64,000 nucleotides of DNA from Phormidesmis sp. (lineage in GTDB: Bacteria; Cyanobacteriota; Cyanobacteriia; Leptolyngbyales; Leptolyngbyaceae), in assembly GCA_965248535.1 (NCBI GenBank), contig CBDFJR010000005.1:224001-288000 (forward strand). Direction: 5' to 3'. Below the pieces are notes generated by a model. The model was not told the origin of the DNA. It did no database searches and saw only the letters and a list, made by a program, of their open reading frames with translations. Positions 26,915 to 37,413 of this stretch are shown here, piece by piece (within the stretch, counting starts at the first letter, position 1; each line of letters begins with the position of its first letter). Both the position numbers and the translations under genes were made by a program.

Positions 26915-27739
26915 CTAGGGTTGACCTACGATTTTCAGCAAATAGCCAGAATTTGTCGTCACAATCACGCCGTGATCACTTACGGCAATGCCAGAAGGAA
27001 CGCCAAACCCAGCTTTTAGTAGGTCTACGATCGCCACCCCTTTTCCCTGACGATCGACGGTCACAACCCATCCTAAATTTGTCGTTACCAGCAGGTTATC
27101 GTTCCAAACGGCTACCCCAAACGGCAGCCCAAACCCGGCTCTCTGCACGTCAAAAATGAGAGACTTTTCTCCTTGAGGGGTTACCCGCAGCAGTTGTCCT
27201 TTAGAGTGGGCCACTACAAAATCTTTACCCATTGTCACCACCCCAAATGGGTTTCCATCAATTAATTCTGCGATTTTGGTGATCACTCCCGTCGCGCTGA
27301 CCCGCAGCAGCAGCCCGGTTGCCTCAACCACATCAGTCGAGAGCGTCACAATATAGTCACCGTTGCTCACGGTGACTCCAAAGGGGGCACCCGCGTCGCC
27401 GCTTAACTCAGAGAGATCGGCGATCGGGGTCACTTTTCCCGCAGGGCTGACGCGCACGAGGTGATGATTAGGAAAATAGTCAGAGGTGGTCACTACCCAG
27501 TCAGCATGGTCAGCCGCGATCGCAAAAGGGATGCCTAACTGCAATGTCTGCAAATTGACTAAAGGCACGATCTCGCCCATCGGACTGATTTGCAGCACCT
27601 CTCCATCAAGCGTTGGCACCCCAAACCCGATCGGACTGACCGCAACGCCTTGCAGAGTGTAAAGATTTAAACCTTGAGCGATCGTTAAAATCGCTAAATT
27701 TCTGCCAGGGGGGATCACACTGGATTTGGGTTCTCTCAT
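26915..27739 (-). CDS. Hypothetical beta-propeller repeat protein
   Basis: About six ~45-aa repeats of the form PFG(I/V)xV...VVT...G.LLRV.P.G. Confidence 0.7.
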   Translation of the reverse strand: MREPKSSVIPPGRNLAILTIAQGLNLYTLQGVAVSPIGFGVPTLDGEVLQISPMGEIVPLVNLQTLQLGIPFAIAADHADWVVTTSDYFPNHHLVRVSPAGKVTPIADLSELSGDAGAPFGVTVSNGDYIVTLSTDVVEATGLLLRVSATGVITKIAELIDGNPFGVVTMGKDFVVAHSKGQLLRVTPQGEKSLIFDVQRAGFGLPFGVAVWNDNLLVTTNLGWVVTVDRQGKGVAIVDLLKAGFGVPSGIAVSDHGVIVTTNSGYLLKIVGQP

Positions 27740-28047
27740 CTATTTTTTTGGAGACTCTGGTTTTTAAGGAGCTTTTGTTGAATAAAATCAGTAAACCTCC
27801 TGCACTTATTTAAGCCAGCAGCGCCTTAAATCGCGATTTTTTACGAGAGTTGCGGAACGTTAAGTAAACAAAAACACCTCGTTATCACGTCTCTTAAATA
27901 AAAGGTTTATAAAGCTTGAAGCCCAATGACTGCCACAATAAGACTCGGATTGTCAATCGACTTGTCTGAGGCAGCTAGTGCTCACCTCTGCCCTTCTCTC
28001 TCACCTGGTCTAAAGTTAATCCACCCCTTACACACGTTTTTAGTCGG

Positions 28048-28857
28048 ATGAAAGCAACCAACTCAGCCCCCCTTATTCTCAAACTCGTCGGGTCTATCTT
28101 GATCCTGTCGTCTCTGATCGATTTTATTACGCTGCTGATCCCGATTAAGTCGCAAGACAACGCTTGGGTCGCGAGCACCTTCACACAGATGGTCGATCGT
28201 GGCATCATTCCGATGATCGGGTTTGCCTTTCTATTTTTGAGCTATTTTCTCGAATCAGGCACGATCGCGTCCGATCGGGGCAAGCCATTTTTAAGCCTCA
28301 GATTTTGGGTTCTGATTTTATCGAGCGTGCTGGGCTTGGCGTTTTTGTTCATCGCACCTCTTCACATGAACAACACCCGCATTCTCGCCGAGCAGTCTAA
28401 CAAACAGATTGATGACAGAGCCGCTAATCTAACCACTGATCTCAACAATAAAGTTCAGCAGCGTCAAGACCAGTTGACGGCCGCGCTCAAAAATGAAGAG
28501 CAGCGCAAGCTTTTAGACCAGCAGCTAACGCAAATTGGTCAAGCGATCGCCAGCGGCCAACTCAAAGGTGACCAACTCGCGCAGGCTCAACAAGCGCAAA
28601 AAGAGTTGCAGCAGCTAAAGACTGACCCGTCTGCGATCGAGTCTAAGGCCAAAGATTTTCGTAATCAGGGATTAATCAAGATCACTGATGAGCAAAAGCA
28701 ACTCAAAGCCCAAGCCGAAACTGATTTCCGCAAAACCAGCGTCCGCATCGGGTTGAGCAGTCTGCTGTTGGCGCTTGGCTATAGCGTCATTGGCTGGACA
28801 GGTCTGCGAGAACTGGGAGTCTTTAGAGGCTCTCGGCTCAAACCCCCGACTCGCTAG
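28048..28857 (+). CDS. hpsJ: HpsJ-like membrane protein (hormogonium polysaccharide-associated)
   Basis: Three N-terminal TM helices with QMVDRGIIP, Gln-rich coiled coil and C-terminal TM helix; next to a GT2 gene. Confidence 0.65.
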   Translation: MKATNSAPLILKLVGSILILSSLIDFITLLIPIKSQDNAWVASTFTQMVDRGIIPMIGFAFLFLSYFLESGTIASDRGKPFLSLRFWVLILSSVLGLAFLFIAPLHMNNTRILAEQSNKQIDDRAANLTTDLNNKVQQRQDQLTAALKNEEQRKLLDQQLTQIGQAIASGQLKGDQLAQAQQAQKELQQLKTDPSAIESKAKDFRNQGLIKITDEQKQLKAQAETDFRKTSVRIGLSSLLLALGYSVIGWTGLRELGVFRGSRLKPPTR

Positions 28858-28976
28858 AAGTCAATTGGGTTTAGATTGGGCATGTTTAGAGGGAGCGGTT
28901 GACCGTTGACAGTCATTTGTCGATCGTCAGCCGCTGGTCGTAAGGTGCCGTTTAAACTCTGCTCAGACCCTCTGGT

Positions 28977-29828
28977 ATGTTCTCAATTTATATCCTCACG
29001 CACAACGAAGAACTTGATATTGCCGCTTGCATTGAGTCGGCTTTGCGGTCAGATGATGTGATGGTGGTTGATTCTTTCAGTGACGATCGCACGATCGAAA
29101 TTGCCCATCGTTACCCGGTGCGGGTGGTGCAACACGCCTTTGAAAGCCACGGCAAACAGCGCACTTGGATGCTGCAATCGGTTCCGGCCAAGCACGAATG
29201 GGTCTATATCTTAGAAGCCGATGAGCGCATGACTCCCGCTCTGTTTGAGGAGTGTTTGACCACGATTCAGCAGTCTACTCACGTTGGCTATTATGTCGCC
29301 GAGCGAGTGATGTTTATGGGGCGATGGATTCGTCACAGCACGCAATATCCTCGATATCAGCTTCGGCTGTTTAACAAACACAGCGTCTGGTTTAGCGATT
29401 ATGGTCACACCGAGCGCGAAGTTGTTGCAGGCTCGACCGGATTTTTAACTGAGACTTACCCCCACTACACTTGCAGCAAGGGCATGAGCCGCTGGATCGA
29501 TAAACACAATCACTATTCGACTAATGAAGCGATCGAGACAGTTCATCAGCTTGAGCAGGGCAAGATTCAATGGCGCAGGGTGTGGTTTGGGCGGTCAGAG
29601 GTCGATCGCCGCCGAGCGCTTAAAGATCTTTCTCTGCGGGTGCCGGGTCGTCCGATCGTGCGCTTTTTTTATATGTATTTCCTGCTGGGCGGCATTCTCG
29701 ACGGTCGTGCAGGGTTTACTTGGTGCGTTCTACAGGCGTTTTATGAATATCTGATCTTGCTCAAAGTCTGGGAGATCAGACATGGGCCTGGCTCTGACGC
29801 GGCTCGATCAGCCGGGAATGTCAAATAA
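28977..29828 (+). CDS. Glycosyltransferase family 2
   Basis: SIYILTHNEE, VDSFSDDRT, ILEADE and LDGRAG. Confidence 0.92.
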   Translation: MFSIYILTHNEELDIAACIESALRSDDVMVVDSFSDDRTIEIAHRYPVRVVQHAFESHGKQRTWMLQSVPAKHEWVYILEADERMTPALFEECLTTIQQSTHVGYYVAERVMFMGRWIRHSTQYPRYQLRLFNKHSVWFSDYGHTEREVVAGSTGFLTETYPHYTCSKGMSRWIDKHNHYSTNEAIETVHQLEQGKIQWRRVWFGRSEVDRRRALKDLSLRVPGRPIVRFFYMYFLLGGILDGRAGFTWCVLQAFYEYLILLKVWEIRHGPGSDAARSAGNVK

Positions 29829-30121
29829 GATACCGATCGTGTTCGGATATTCTCGATTGGGGATCAATGGTTAAATAAGAAAACCATAACCCACAAATCT
29901 GTATAGATCTTGAAATATTTCTTCACAAGTCTTATAGATTAGGAGAAAGGCATTCAGCAAATCACTCGTGGGGGGAGGGATCGATCCCCTCACGACAGGC
30001 AAAGTTAATGCAACACTTCGCACTCTTTGACGGTTAGGGTTTTGCTTGTCGCCGTTTTAATAACCGAAGTTAAACCTCTAATGTCGTGATAATTGCAGTC
30101 AGTTGAAAGAGAGGGCTACCT

Positions 30122-30841
30122 GTGATCCAACGTCTGAAGCAAGACTTAAAAAACGACCTGATTGCAGGGCTGTTGGTGGTGATTCCATTAGCCACCACGA
30201 TTTGGCTGACGATTACGATCGCAAACTGGGTGATCAATTTTTTGACTCGCATCCCCAAGCAGATCAACCCGTTTAACGATCTCAACCCGTTTTTGGTCAA
30301 TCTGATTAACCTGACGGTCGGCTTAACGGTGCCCCTACTGTGCATCTTGCTGATCGGACTCATGGCCCGCAACATTGCCGGACGCTGGCTTCTAGATTTT
30401 GGCGAACGAATTCTACAAGCGATTCCTCTGGCAGGTGCCATTTACAAAACGCTCAAACAACTGCTAGAAACCCTTTTCAAGGATTCTAACGGGCGGTTTC
30501 GCCGCGTTGTGTTGGTCGAATATCCCCGCACGGGTGTCTGGTCGATCGGGTTTGTCACAGGCGCGATCGGGTCTGAGGTGCAGTCTCATTTCGCCAGCGA
30601 GATGGTGAGCGTTTTCATTCCAACAACCCCCAATCCGACGACAGGCTGGTATGCGATCGTGCCAGAATCAGGGGTGATCACGCTGGCGCTGCCGATCGAA
30701 GATGCCTTCAAGATTATTATTTCGGGTGGCATTGTCAGCCCCGAAGCGCTGGCTCTGGCTCCTTTATCAACCTCTTCTGGCAAGCGAGTTTTAGAGTCTT
30801 TGGTTGAGCCGTCTGCCCGTCAAGCTCTCGCAGAAGACTAG
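30122..30841 (+). CDS. DUF502 membrane protein
   Basis: AGLLVVIPLATT, VLVEYPR, FIPTTPNPTTG and IISGG. Confidence 0.9.
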   Translation: MIQRLKQDLKNDLIAGLLVVIPLATTIWLTITIANWVINFLTRIPKQINPFNDLNPFLVNLINLTVGLTVPLLCILLIGLMARNIAGRWLLDFGERILQAIPLAGAIYKTLKQLLETLFKDSNGRFRRVVLVEYPRTGVWSIGFVTGAIGSEVQSHFASEMVSVFIPTTPNPTTGWYAIVPESGVITLALPIEDAFKIIISGGIVSPEALALAPLSTSSGKRVLESLVEPSARQALAED

Positions 30842-30928
30842 CAGGTTGAAGCAGACTAAAATTCTTCTCCGATCGACGATCTAAACTTGCTAAGATAACC
30901 AGACCGAACCTAGTCAACCAAAGCCGCC

Positions 30929-31567
30929 ATGCAAGCCCGTCGAATTGCCCGTGAACTGGCTCTTTTGAGCATCAGCCAGCTACCTGCCAAGCAGGAGCGA
31001 TTGACTACTCAAAAACTTCAAGACATTGTTGTGGCGGCGATTCGCACTCTGGCAACCGATGCCCGCGACACCTTAGAAACCGCCGTCGCCGAACTGCAAC
31101 GCGGCAACAGCCGCCTCCTCAGCAGCGAAACTCGCGCCAGCGATGTAGAGTCCGCTAGAAGCATGGTGCAGGAAGCGATCGACCTAACCGAAACGGCCAT
31201 CAATCGCGTCGGCAGAACCTTCGAGATTCCTGAACTGCTTCAGTTGGCTAATCAACCAGAGGTGCGCTCCTACTCCTTAGAAATCCTGACTCGGTTTCAC
31301 GAAGAGCGGCAAGAAGTCGATCAAGTTTTGACCAATGCCCTAGTAGGCTGGCAGCTAGACCGTTTGGCGCGGGTCGATCGCGACATTCTCCGCATTGCAG
31401 TTACCGAAATGATGTATCTGGGTCTACGTCTGGAATATGCAATTAACGAAGCTGTAGAACTCGCCAAACGCTATAGCGACGAAGACGGCTATAAGTTCAT
31501 CAATGGCGTTTTGCGGCGAGTCACCGAGCAACTAAAAGCCAGTGCTAAAGCCTCTTTAGGATCGTGA
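30929..31567 (+). CDS. nusB: Transcription antitermination factor NusB
   Basis: RRIARELAL, WQLDRLARVDRDILR, INEAVELAKRYS and FINGVL. Confidence 0.95.
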   Translation: MQARRIARELALLSISQLPAKQERLTTQKLQDIVVAAIRTLATDARDTLETAVAELQRGNSRLLSSETRASDVESARSMVQEAIDLTETAINRVGRTFEIPELLQLANQPEVRSYSLEILTRFHEERQEVDQVLTNALVGWQLDRLARVDRDILRIAVTEMMYLGLRLEYAINEAVELAKRYSDEDGYKFINGVLRRVTEQLKASAKASLGS

Positions 31568-31703
31568 GTTAAAGGGCGTGCCAGGCCCGTATCCAAGTTT
31601 AGGTCTGTCTTTAATTCTTGATCCTGGCAACTCATAATCCTTCAGTTGGGAGGAGAAACTTCAATTACATTGATAATATTGAGAGCAGATTCAGGTAAGA
31701 GCA

Positions 31704-33311
31704 ATGACGTTCAACTGGTTCAATCGTAAATTCGATCAAAAGGCTGAGGAGGCAAAAGCAGAGGAGCCTGCTCAACCCGAACCTGAACCAACCCCCGCGA
31801 TCGCATCTGAGCCGCCAGCCGTTGATGAAAGTTCTTTAAGCTTTGCTAAGGCGGCTTACGAAAATATCAAAAAGCGTCAGCAGGCAGGAGCATCTACAGA
31901 GGCTCTTACAACGGTTGAGCCTGAAGAGGTTGTAGAAACTCTAGTTGCCGAGCCGCCAACCGTTTTGCTGAATGCTGCGATCGCAGAGCCTGAATCTGTC
32001 TCGATCGCTCCTCCTAAAGAGCCTTCTGAGCCTGTGTCGGAGGGTCTTTCGGTTGAGTCAGTCAACCAATTTTTAGAGACCTTAGAAGAGGTCAAACAAG
32101 ATTTAGAAACCGCGATCGCCGATCCCGAACCCATTGCAGAACCCGCGATCGCCGCCGCGATTCCCGATCAAACGGTTCCGCTTCCTTTTTGGGCGGAGTC
32201 TGAAGCCGATCGAGACGCTCGTCTAGAACGACTGAGAGCCACAGCGATCGCTGAAGAAGCCCTCGCCGTTCAGTTGCCCAGCGTGCTCGAAGCAGCCCCT
32301 GCGTTTGCTCTGGATGAAGGGTTTCTCTGGTCTACCGAAGTTTTGGCGGCCCAAGGTCGCCGGGCCGAAGACATCACCCTCGAAGAAATCACATGGCTCA
32401 AACGCTTAAGACAGGGACTAGACAAAACCCGCCGAGGATTGATCAATCAACTCAAAGCGATCGTGGGTCAAGGCCCGCTCAATCAAGATGCGGTGACTGA
32501 GATCGAGTCCCTACTGCTGCAAGCCGATGCGGGCGTGGAAGCCACCGACAAGATTATTTCTGCCCTGCAAGCAAAACTGCGCGAAGAAGTGCTGCCGCCA
32601 GAGCAAGCAATCGCTTATCTCAAAAAAATTCTGCGCGAACTGCTCGACAGCCCGCTTCAGGCTCACAACCCGGTGTTTGTGCCTGAGAAAGATGTGCTCA
32701 ACATTTGGCTGATCACAGGGGTAAATGGGGCCGGCAAGACGACCACGATCGGAAAACTCTCCCACATCGCTCAAAAGTCTGGCTATCGCTGCTTAATCGC
32801 TGCCGCCGACACCTTTCGCGCTGCCGCTGTTGAGCAGGTGAAAGTCTGGGGTGAGCGCAGCGGAGTGGAGGTGATCGCCAACCCCGGACAAAACACCGAC
32901 CCCGCTGCCGTTGTGTTTGATGGCATTGCTGCCGCCCAGTCACGCGGCACTGAGTTGCTGCTTGTAGACACCGCCGGGCGACTGCAAAACAAAAAAAACC
33001 TGATGGATGAACTCAGCAAGATTCGTCGCATCATTGACAAAAAAGCGGGCAACGCCAGAGTTGAGTCTCTGCTAGTTTTAGATGCCACCCTGGGTCAAAA
33101 CGGTTTGAGACAGGCACGAGTTTTCTCAGAAGCGGCTCAACTCAGTGGAGTGGTGCTCACAAAGCTTGATGGCACAGCTAAAGGCGGCGTGGCGCTGGCC
33201 GTGGTGGAAGAATTGGGTCTGCCCATCCGATTTATTGGAGCCGGAGAGGGCATTGAAGATCTGCGCCCTTTTTCTAGCTATGAGTTTGTCGAAGCTTTAA
33301 TCAGTGGCTAG
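31704..33311 (+). CDS. ftsY: SRP receptor FtsY with long acidic N-terminus
   Basis: GVNGAGKTTTIGKL, DTFRAAA, DTAGRL, TKLDGTAKGG and GEGIEDL. Confidence 0.97.
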   Translation: MTFNWFNRKFDQKAEEAKAEEPAQPEPEPTPAIASEPPAVDESSLSFAKAAYENIKKRQQAGASTEALTTVEPEEVVETLVAEPPTVLLNAAIAEPESVSIAPPKEPSEPVSEGLSVESVNQFLETLEEVKQDLETAIADPEPIAEPAIAAAIPDQTVPLPFWAESEADRDARLERLRATAIAEEALAVQLPSVLEAAPAFALDEGFLWSTEVLAAQGRRAEDITLEEITWLKRLRQGLDKTRRGLINQLKAIVGQGPLNQDAVTEIESLLLQADAGVEATDKIISALQAKLREEVLPPEQAIAYLKKILRELLDSPLQAHNPVFVPEKDVLNIWLITGVNGAGKTTTIGKLSHIAQKSGYRCLIAAADTFRAAAVEQVKVWGERSGVEVIANPGQNTDPAAVVFDGIAAAQSRGTELLLVDTAGRLQNKKNLMDELSKIRRIIDKKAGNARVESLLVLDATLGQNGLRQARVFSEAAQLSGVVLTKLDGTAKGGVALAVVEELGLPIRFIGAGEGIEDLRPFSSYEFVEALISG

Positions 33312-33728
33312 CTAAATTGGCCTAAATTTCAGATTCATGTTCGGTCTCGCCTAGTTGAGACTACAATTGCCTGAAATTACTCAGATGGTCTGGGTTAGAG
33401 CAGGCTAAGGTGTGAGCGATCACCGATTAGCGCCTTCGCATTGCAATCTCAATTCACAAAAACCCTGAGTGTCCAGCAGGTTGTCTCTCGAAATCGCCGT
33501 TTTGATCAGGGGCAGATTCTCTAGATCACAACCTCCATAGAAATCGGCAGTCTAAACTCTGTTTGGACTCGTCAACTTCGCCAAACTCTCATGAAAATAG
33601 ATGTTATGCTTTGCAACTCATTCGTTAATATTGATGTTCACAACTGAGTGACGATTAACCCTTGACCCAGTGATTCACAGTTGACTTATATTCTCTAGCA
33701 CGGATATTGAAATCCCTTATCTGCCCTA

Positions 33729-35148
33729 ATGACTGCTGTGCCCCTTCCTAGACAGCCCTCTCAACCGCCCGATCGTGGTGCCTCAGACGTAACGCCAGTG
33801 TTTGCCCTTAAGGAACTGGTGGCACGGCTGAATCGTGAGCAGCACAAAATTCAAGATCTGTTGAGTTCGCTAGGGTTTGCGCTTCGCAGTTTTAACAATC
33901 TTAATCAGTTTCTAGAGTTGATTCCGCTGATGGCAAGCCGGGTCACCGATGCTGATGGCGGAGCGCTGATTATGTTTCGCCCCAATGGGCAAGTCAAGTT
34001 AGAGCGCCTGCATTGTCAAGACAATCACTGGGGTCAAGAGATTCGTAAATCGTTAGAAGCGGCGATGAGACAGGTGACGGCCTCGTTTGCAGGGGTGCCT
34101 CCTTCGGAAGGTTTGACCAAATCGCCTCAAGCGATCGCCAAACTCGATCATCAGGTCAGCCGTTTTCTTAGGATCAGACATCCAAATTTTTGGCACGGCA
34201 ATTCTGGTCAGAAACATTGAGCGCGGTCGGCTCTATGTGTTTAGCCGCGACCCCGACTATACGTGGACAGAGACTCGTCAAAAATTAGTCCGACTAGTGG
34301 CGGATCAGACGGCGGTGGCGATCGAGAATGATGAGCTAACCGTTGAGCTTCGCAAAAAAGAGCGGCTCGATCGTGAGTTAGAAATCGGAGCCGACATTCA
34401 GTTGCGCCTGTTGCCCCGACATTGCCCCAAGATTGAAGGGGTAGAACTGGCGGCGCTGTGTAAAACGGCCAACCGAGTGGGCGGTGACTACTATGACTTT
34501 ATTCCCGCCGATTATGGACAGATTCGTAAGCCAGATAGCGAAAATGAGTCGGGGCGGTGGAGTCTGACGATCGGGGATGTCATGGGCAAAGGCGTTCCGG
34601 CGGGTCTGATTATGACGATGACGCGGGGAATGCTGCGCGCAGAAGTCTTAAACGGGCACTCTCCGGCGCGAATTTTGCAGCACCTCAATCAAGTTATGTA
34701 TGCCGATTTAGAAAACTCTAATCGGTTTGTGACGCTGTTTTATTCGGAATATGATCCCAAAACTCGCATTTTGTCCTACAGCAACGCGGCCCACAATCCG
34801 CCTTTGCTGTGGCAGGCTGGCACCAACACGATCGAGCGTTTAGACACGTTGGGGATGTTGATCGGCTTGGATGCTGAAACGGAGTACCAAGACGCTCAGG
34901 TGCAGCTATCTCCGGGCGACACCATCATCTATTACACCGATGGCTTTACTGACGCGGCAAACCAGCACGGGCGACGATTTGACGAAGAAAACTTGACCAA
35001 AGCTTTTCAGCTAGCGTGCCGGAGCTATGACGACCCGCAGATGATCCTAAAGTATTTATTTGAGTGTGTGCAAAAGTTTATCGGAGTCGGCACCCACAAC
35101 GCCGATGATATGACGCTCGTCGTGATGCGGATCTCAGGTAAGCCATAG
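33729..35148 (+). pseudogene. GAF + SpoIIE/PP2C phosphatase split by a +1 frameshift (true pseudogene or sequencing error)
   Basis: Removing one T from TTTT at 34163-34166 fuses 33729..34220 and 34237..35148 (...VSRF-LGSDIQIFGTAILV...LYVFSRDP). PP2C motifs GGDYYD, GDVMGKG, YTDG and DDMT are intact. Confidence 0.85.
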
Positions 35149-35249
35149 AACTCTATCAAACGAGCTAGTCTCGACGGCCTTCTAGCGATCGCCCCCAAGT
35201 AAAACCAAAGTCTGCGTAAGGGCATGACCCCGGCAGAGCCAAAGTCCGC

Positions 35250-35274
35250 GTAAGGGCACGGCACTGCCGTGCCC
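35250..35274. repeat. REP-like palindrome, preceded by a partial tandem copy at 35205-35225
   Basis: GTAA-GGGCACGGCA-C-TGCCGTGCCC; related copies at 38302, 48447 and 58957. Confidence 0.8.
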
Positions 35275-35334
35275 ACCCCCTATGCGATGCCCCAGGGAAT
35301 TTAATCTACGATCCTTTAATCACGATCGCACCGC

Positions 35335-35430
35335 TTAAATCAGCTTGATCGCACGGAAACTAAAGAACAGTGCCAGAGCTAACCCGAAAGCACCACCCAC
35401 GAGGGCTAAATAAGCGATCACTGCTGACAT
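35335..35430 (-). CDS. petL: Cytochrome b6f subunit VI (not in the ORF track)
   Basis: Manual translation MSAVIAYLALVGGAFGLALALFFSFRAIKLI (31 aa, one TM helix, RxIKLI end); GGAG RBS upstream. Confidence 0.88.
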   Translation of the reverse strand: MSAVIAYLALVGGAFGLALALFFSFRAIKLI

Positions 35431-35564
35431 AGCGGCATACTCCAAATAAATCCTATCTCTAACTATACGGAACTATTGAGCCAGAAAGAAAGAATCGCGT
35501 CGGACAATCAGCACCCGCGCCAATTCAGATAAGATGAACCGTAAGGTTTTTTGCGTTCTCTATC

Positions 35565-36668
35565 ATGCAGTCTGTTATTCCGGTTTCGTTGCCTCAAAAT
35601 GCCTATGCGATCGCCATCACTCCGGGCAGTCTCGATCACATCGGCGCATGGATCACCGGAGAAACGCCCACGCTTAAACCTGACAGCAAGATTCTCGTCG
35701 TCTCAAATCCGCTCATTTTTCGGGCTTATGGGCAGCGAGTCATCGATTCGCTAACTCAAGCAGGGTTTGAAGTCACGTCCTGCATTTTGCCTGCCGGAGA
35801 GCGCTATAAAACGCCTGCAACGGTGCAAAAGATCTATGATGCGGCGCTAGAAAGTCGCCTAGAGCGATCGTCCACTTTAATAGCCCTGGGCGGCGGCGTA
35901 ATTGGCGACATGACCGGGTTTGCCGCCGCCACTTGGCTCCGAGGAATTAATGTCATTCAGGTGCCAACAACCTTATTAGCAATGGTGGATGCGGCGATCG
36001 GGGGCAAAACTGGAGTCAATCATCCTAGAGGCAAAAACTTAATTGGTGCCTTTCATCAGCCTCGATTTGTGTTAATCGATCCGCAAGTGCTCAAAACCCT
36101 GCCCATGCGAGAGTTTCGCGCCGGAATGGCCGAAGTGATCAAATACGGCATCATTTGGGACGCGGAGCTATTCGAGAAAATGGAACAAGCAAAACGATTG
36201 GATCAACTGCGATACATCAGTGACGAATTGCTGCAAGAGATTTTGACCCGATCGTGTCAAGCAAAAGCCCACGTCGTCAGCAAAGACGAAAAAGAAGCCG
36301 GACTGCGCGAGATTCTCAACTATGGCCACACGATCGGGCACGCGGTTGAGAGTCTCACAGGCTATCGCGTTGTCAATCACGGCGAAGGGGTGGCGATCGG
36401 CATGGTCGCAGCCGGACAAATCGCTGTTGAAATGGGACTGTGGAATCAAGAAAGCTGCGATCGTCAACTCGCTCTGATCGAGAAAGCAGGTCTGCCGATC
36501 CGTCTACCGGATGGGATGGACATTGAAGCCATTCTCACTGCGCTGCAACGTGACAAAAAAGTTCAGTCTGGCAAAGTGCGATTTGTGTTGCCGACCGCGA
36601 TCGGAACCGCAATCACCACGGATCAAGTAACCTCCGATATTATTCAGAATGTGCTGCAAAAAATGTAA
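35565..36668 (+). CDS. aroB: 3-dehydroquinate synthase
   Basis: [53 protein letters not shown] and HGEGV. Confidence 0.97.
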   Translation: MQSVIPVSLPQNAYAIAITPGSLDHIGAWITGETPTLKPDSKILVVSNPLIFRAYGQRVIDSLTQAGFEVTSCILPAGERYKTPATVQKIYDAALESRLERSSTLIALGGGVIGDMTGFAAATWLRGINVIQVPTTLLAMVDAAIGGKTGVNHPRGKNLIGAFHQPRFVLIDPQVLKTLPMREFRAGMAEVIKYGIIWDAELFEKMEQAKRLDQLRYISDELLQEILTRSCQAKAHVVSKDEKEAGLREILNYGHTIGHAVESLTGYRVVNHGEGVAIGMVAAGQIAVEMGLWNQESCDRQLALIEKAGLPIRLPDGMDIEAILTALQRDKKVQSGKVRFVLPTAIGTAITTDQVTSDIIQNVLQKM

Positions 36669-36721
36669 TACAAATAGTCTGTTAAGGTTGAAACAACGGT
36701 TTCTCTGGAGCCTCCGTCATC

Positions 36722-37405
36722 ATGATCTCCCAAACAAAAGCCGAAATTATTTACCCGGAACGCGATGGACAACCGATGGCTGATAACACCAAACAGTTTG
36801 GCTGGATTGTCACGATTAAAGAAAACTTAGAAGCGCTGTTTGCCGACAATCCCCAGGTTTTTGTGGCGGGTGATCTGTTGTGGTATCCCGTCGAAGGCAG
36901 CAACACGATTCGGCAAGCCCCCGACGCGATGGTTGCGTTTGGACGACCCAAGGGCGATCGTGGCTCTTATCAACAGTGGCTAGAAAATGACATTCCGCCG
37001 CAGGTCGTGTTTGAGATTTTGTCCCCCGGCAACCGATTGGCAGAAACCGCCAGAAAATATAAATTCTATAACCAGTATGGCGTTGAAGAATATTATGTCT
37101 ACGACCCAGACGACAACGAACTGATCGGATGGCAGCGATCGGACAGCTATTTAGACGTGATTGAGAATATGTCTGGTTGGGTGAGTCCTCGCTTGCAGAT
37201 TCGGTTTGAGATTACGGGGGACACGATGGAAATTTATCGCCCTGACGGAGAGCGATTTCTGACCTTCACAGAGTTGGGACAGTTGAGAGATCAAGAACGC
37301 CAACGGGCCGATCAAGAACGCCAACGGGCCGATCAAGAACAGTCACGGGCCGATCGACTAGCAGAACGGTTACGAGAGATGGGTATTAACCCTGAAGAAG
37401 TGTGA
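36722..37405 (+). CDS. Uma2 (DUF820) family endonuclease-like protein
   Basis: YPERDGQPMADN, APD, VFEILSPGN, YGVEEYYVYDP and a coiled-coil tail. Confidence 0.92.
   Translation: MISQTKAEIIYPERDGQPMADNTKQFGWIVTIKENLEALFADNPQVFVAGDLLWYPVEGSNTIRQAPDAMVAFGRPKGDRGSYQQWLENDIPPQVVFEILSPGNRLAETARKYKFYNQYGVEEYYVYDPDDNELIGWQRSDSYLDVIENMSGWVSPRLQIRFEITGDTMEIYRPDGERFLTFTELGQLRDQERQRADQERQRADQEQSRADRLAERLREMGINPEEV
37289..37355 (+). repeat. 21-bp coding tandem repeat (x3) in the Uma2 tail
   Basis: GATCAAGAACGCCAACGGGCC twice plus one variant copy, encoding DQERQRA heptads. Confidence 0.9.
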
Positions 37406-37413
37406 TTAGTCGT

